In this document: positions 23,899 through 24,059 of the stretch, piece by piece
Numbering within the stretch: position 1 is the first letter of the stretch
Layout: each line of letters opens with the position of its first letter
Source: a virus
Length of the DNA: 24,059 nucleotides
UHGV virus genome: UHGV-0237381
Reading direction: 5' to 3' (one strand)
Notes under the pieces: generated by a model
The model's database searches: none
Told to the model about the DNA's origin: nothing
The model's input: only the letters and a program-made list of their open reading frames with translations
Translations under genes and position numbers: made by a program

Positions 23899-24059
23899 AT
23901 GCTAAAGGGGGCTTGGAAAATAATGCAGGGTGACACATTAAACACAACATTTGCAAGTTTGTTTGCAACATTTTGTTCTTTTATTATTGCCCATTTGCCT
24001 GAATTTCAAGCCTTCATCACTTTTTCATTGACTGTTGTTTTCTTGGTTTATAAAATACG
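23899..24059 (+). CDS. Holin-like gene, 5' part (continues to 64 across the junction)
   Basis: (MLKGAWKI)MQGDTLNTTFASLFATFCSFIIAHLPEFQAFITFSLTVVFLVYKIR: two hydrophobic segments, directly upstream of the endolysin once the genome is circularised. Confidence 0.65.
   Translation, partial: MLKGAWKIMQGDTLNTTFASLFATFCSFIIAHLPEFQAFITFSLTVVFLVYKI

Noticed and set aside
1..24059. Stop-codon reassignment, tRNA or rRNA genes
   Set aside because: Genes tile densely under the standard code with all three stops used, and no cloverleaf or rRNA-like sequence was seen in the short intergenic gaps.

Overview
The window looks like a complete, circularly closed ~24 kb genome of a small contractile-tailed (myovirus-like) phage with roughly 35% GC (estimated by eye). 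A holin-like ORF reads in frame across the 24059/1 junction. Overlapping spanins indicate a Gram-negative host, and a clear GapR/DUF2312 homologue points to an alphaproteobacterium. Layout: lysis cassette (23899-965); a short leftward operon (Gp157-like protein, RHH regulator); two rightward early operons (PD-(D/E)XK exonuclease, HNH-like, YopX-like, GapR, XRE, MazG-like); a very compact head/tail module (7278-21075) with a -1 frameshift in the tail chaperone; and an 8-gene accessory cassette of unknown function (21086-23856) centred on a Gly-rich TM / CCC coiled-coil protein. I recognise no integrase, replication initiator, helicase, primase or polymerase. Best leads: the accessory cassette and its start-codon-sequestering hairpin, a duplicated 65-bp promoter with 10-bp phased repeats, a candidate anti-translation-start sRNA, two adjacent homopolymer-frameshifted genes, and the missing replication module. 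All family assignments come from motif recognition, not from database searches.
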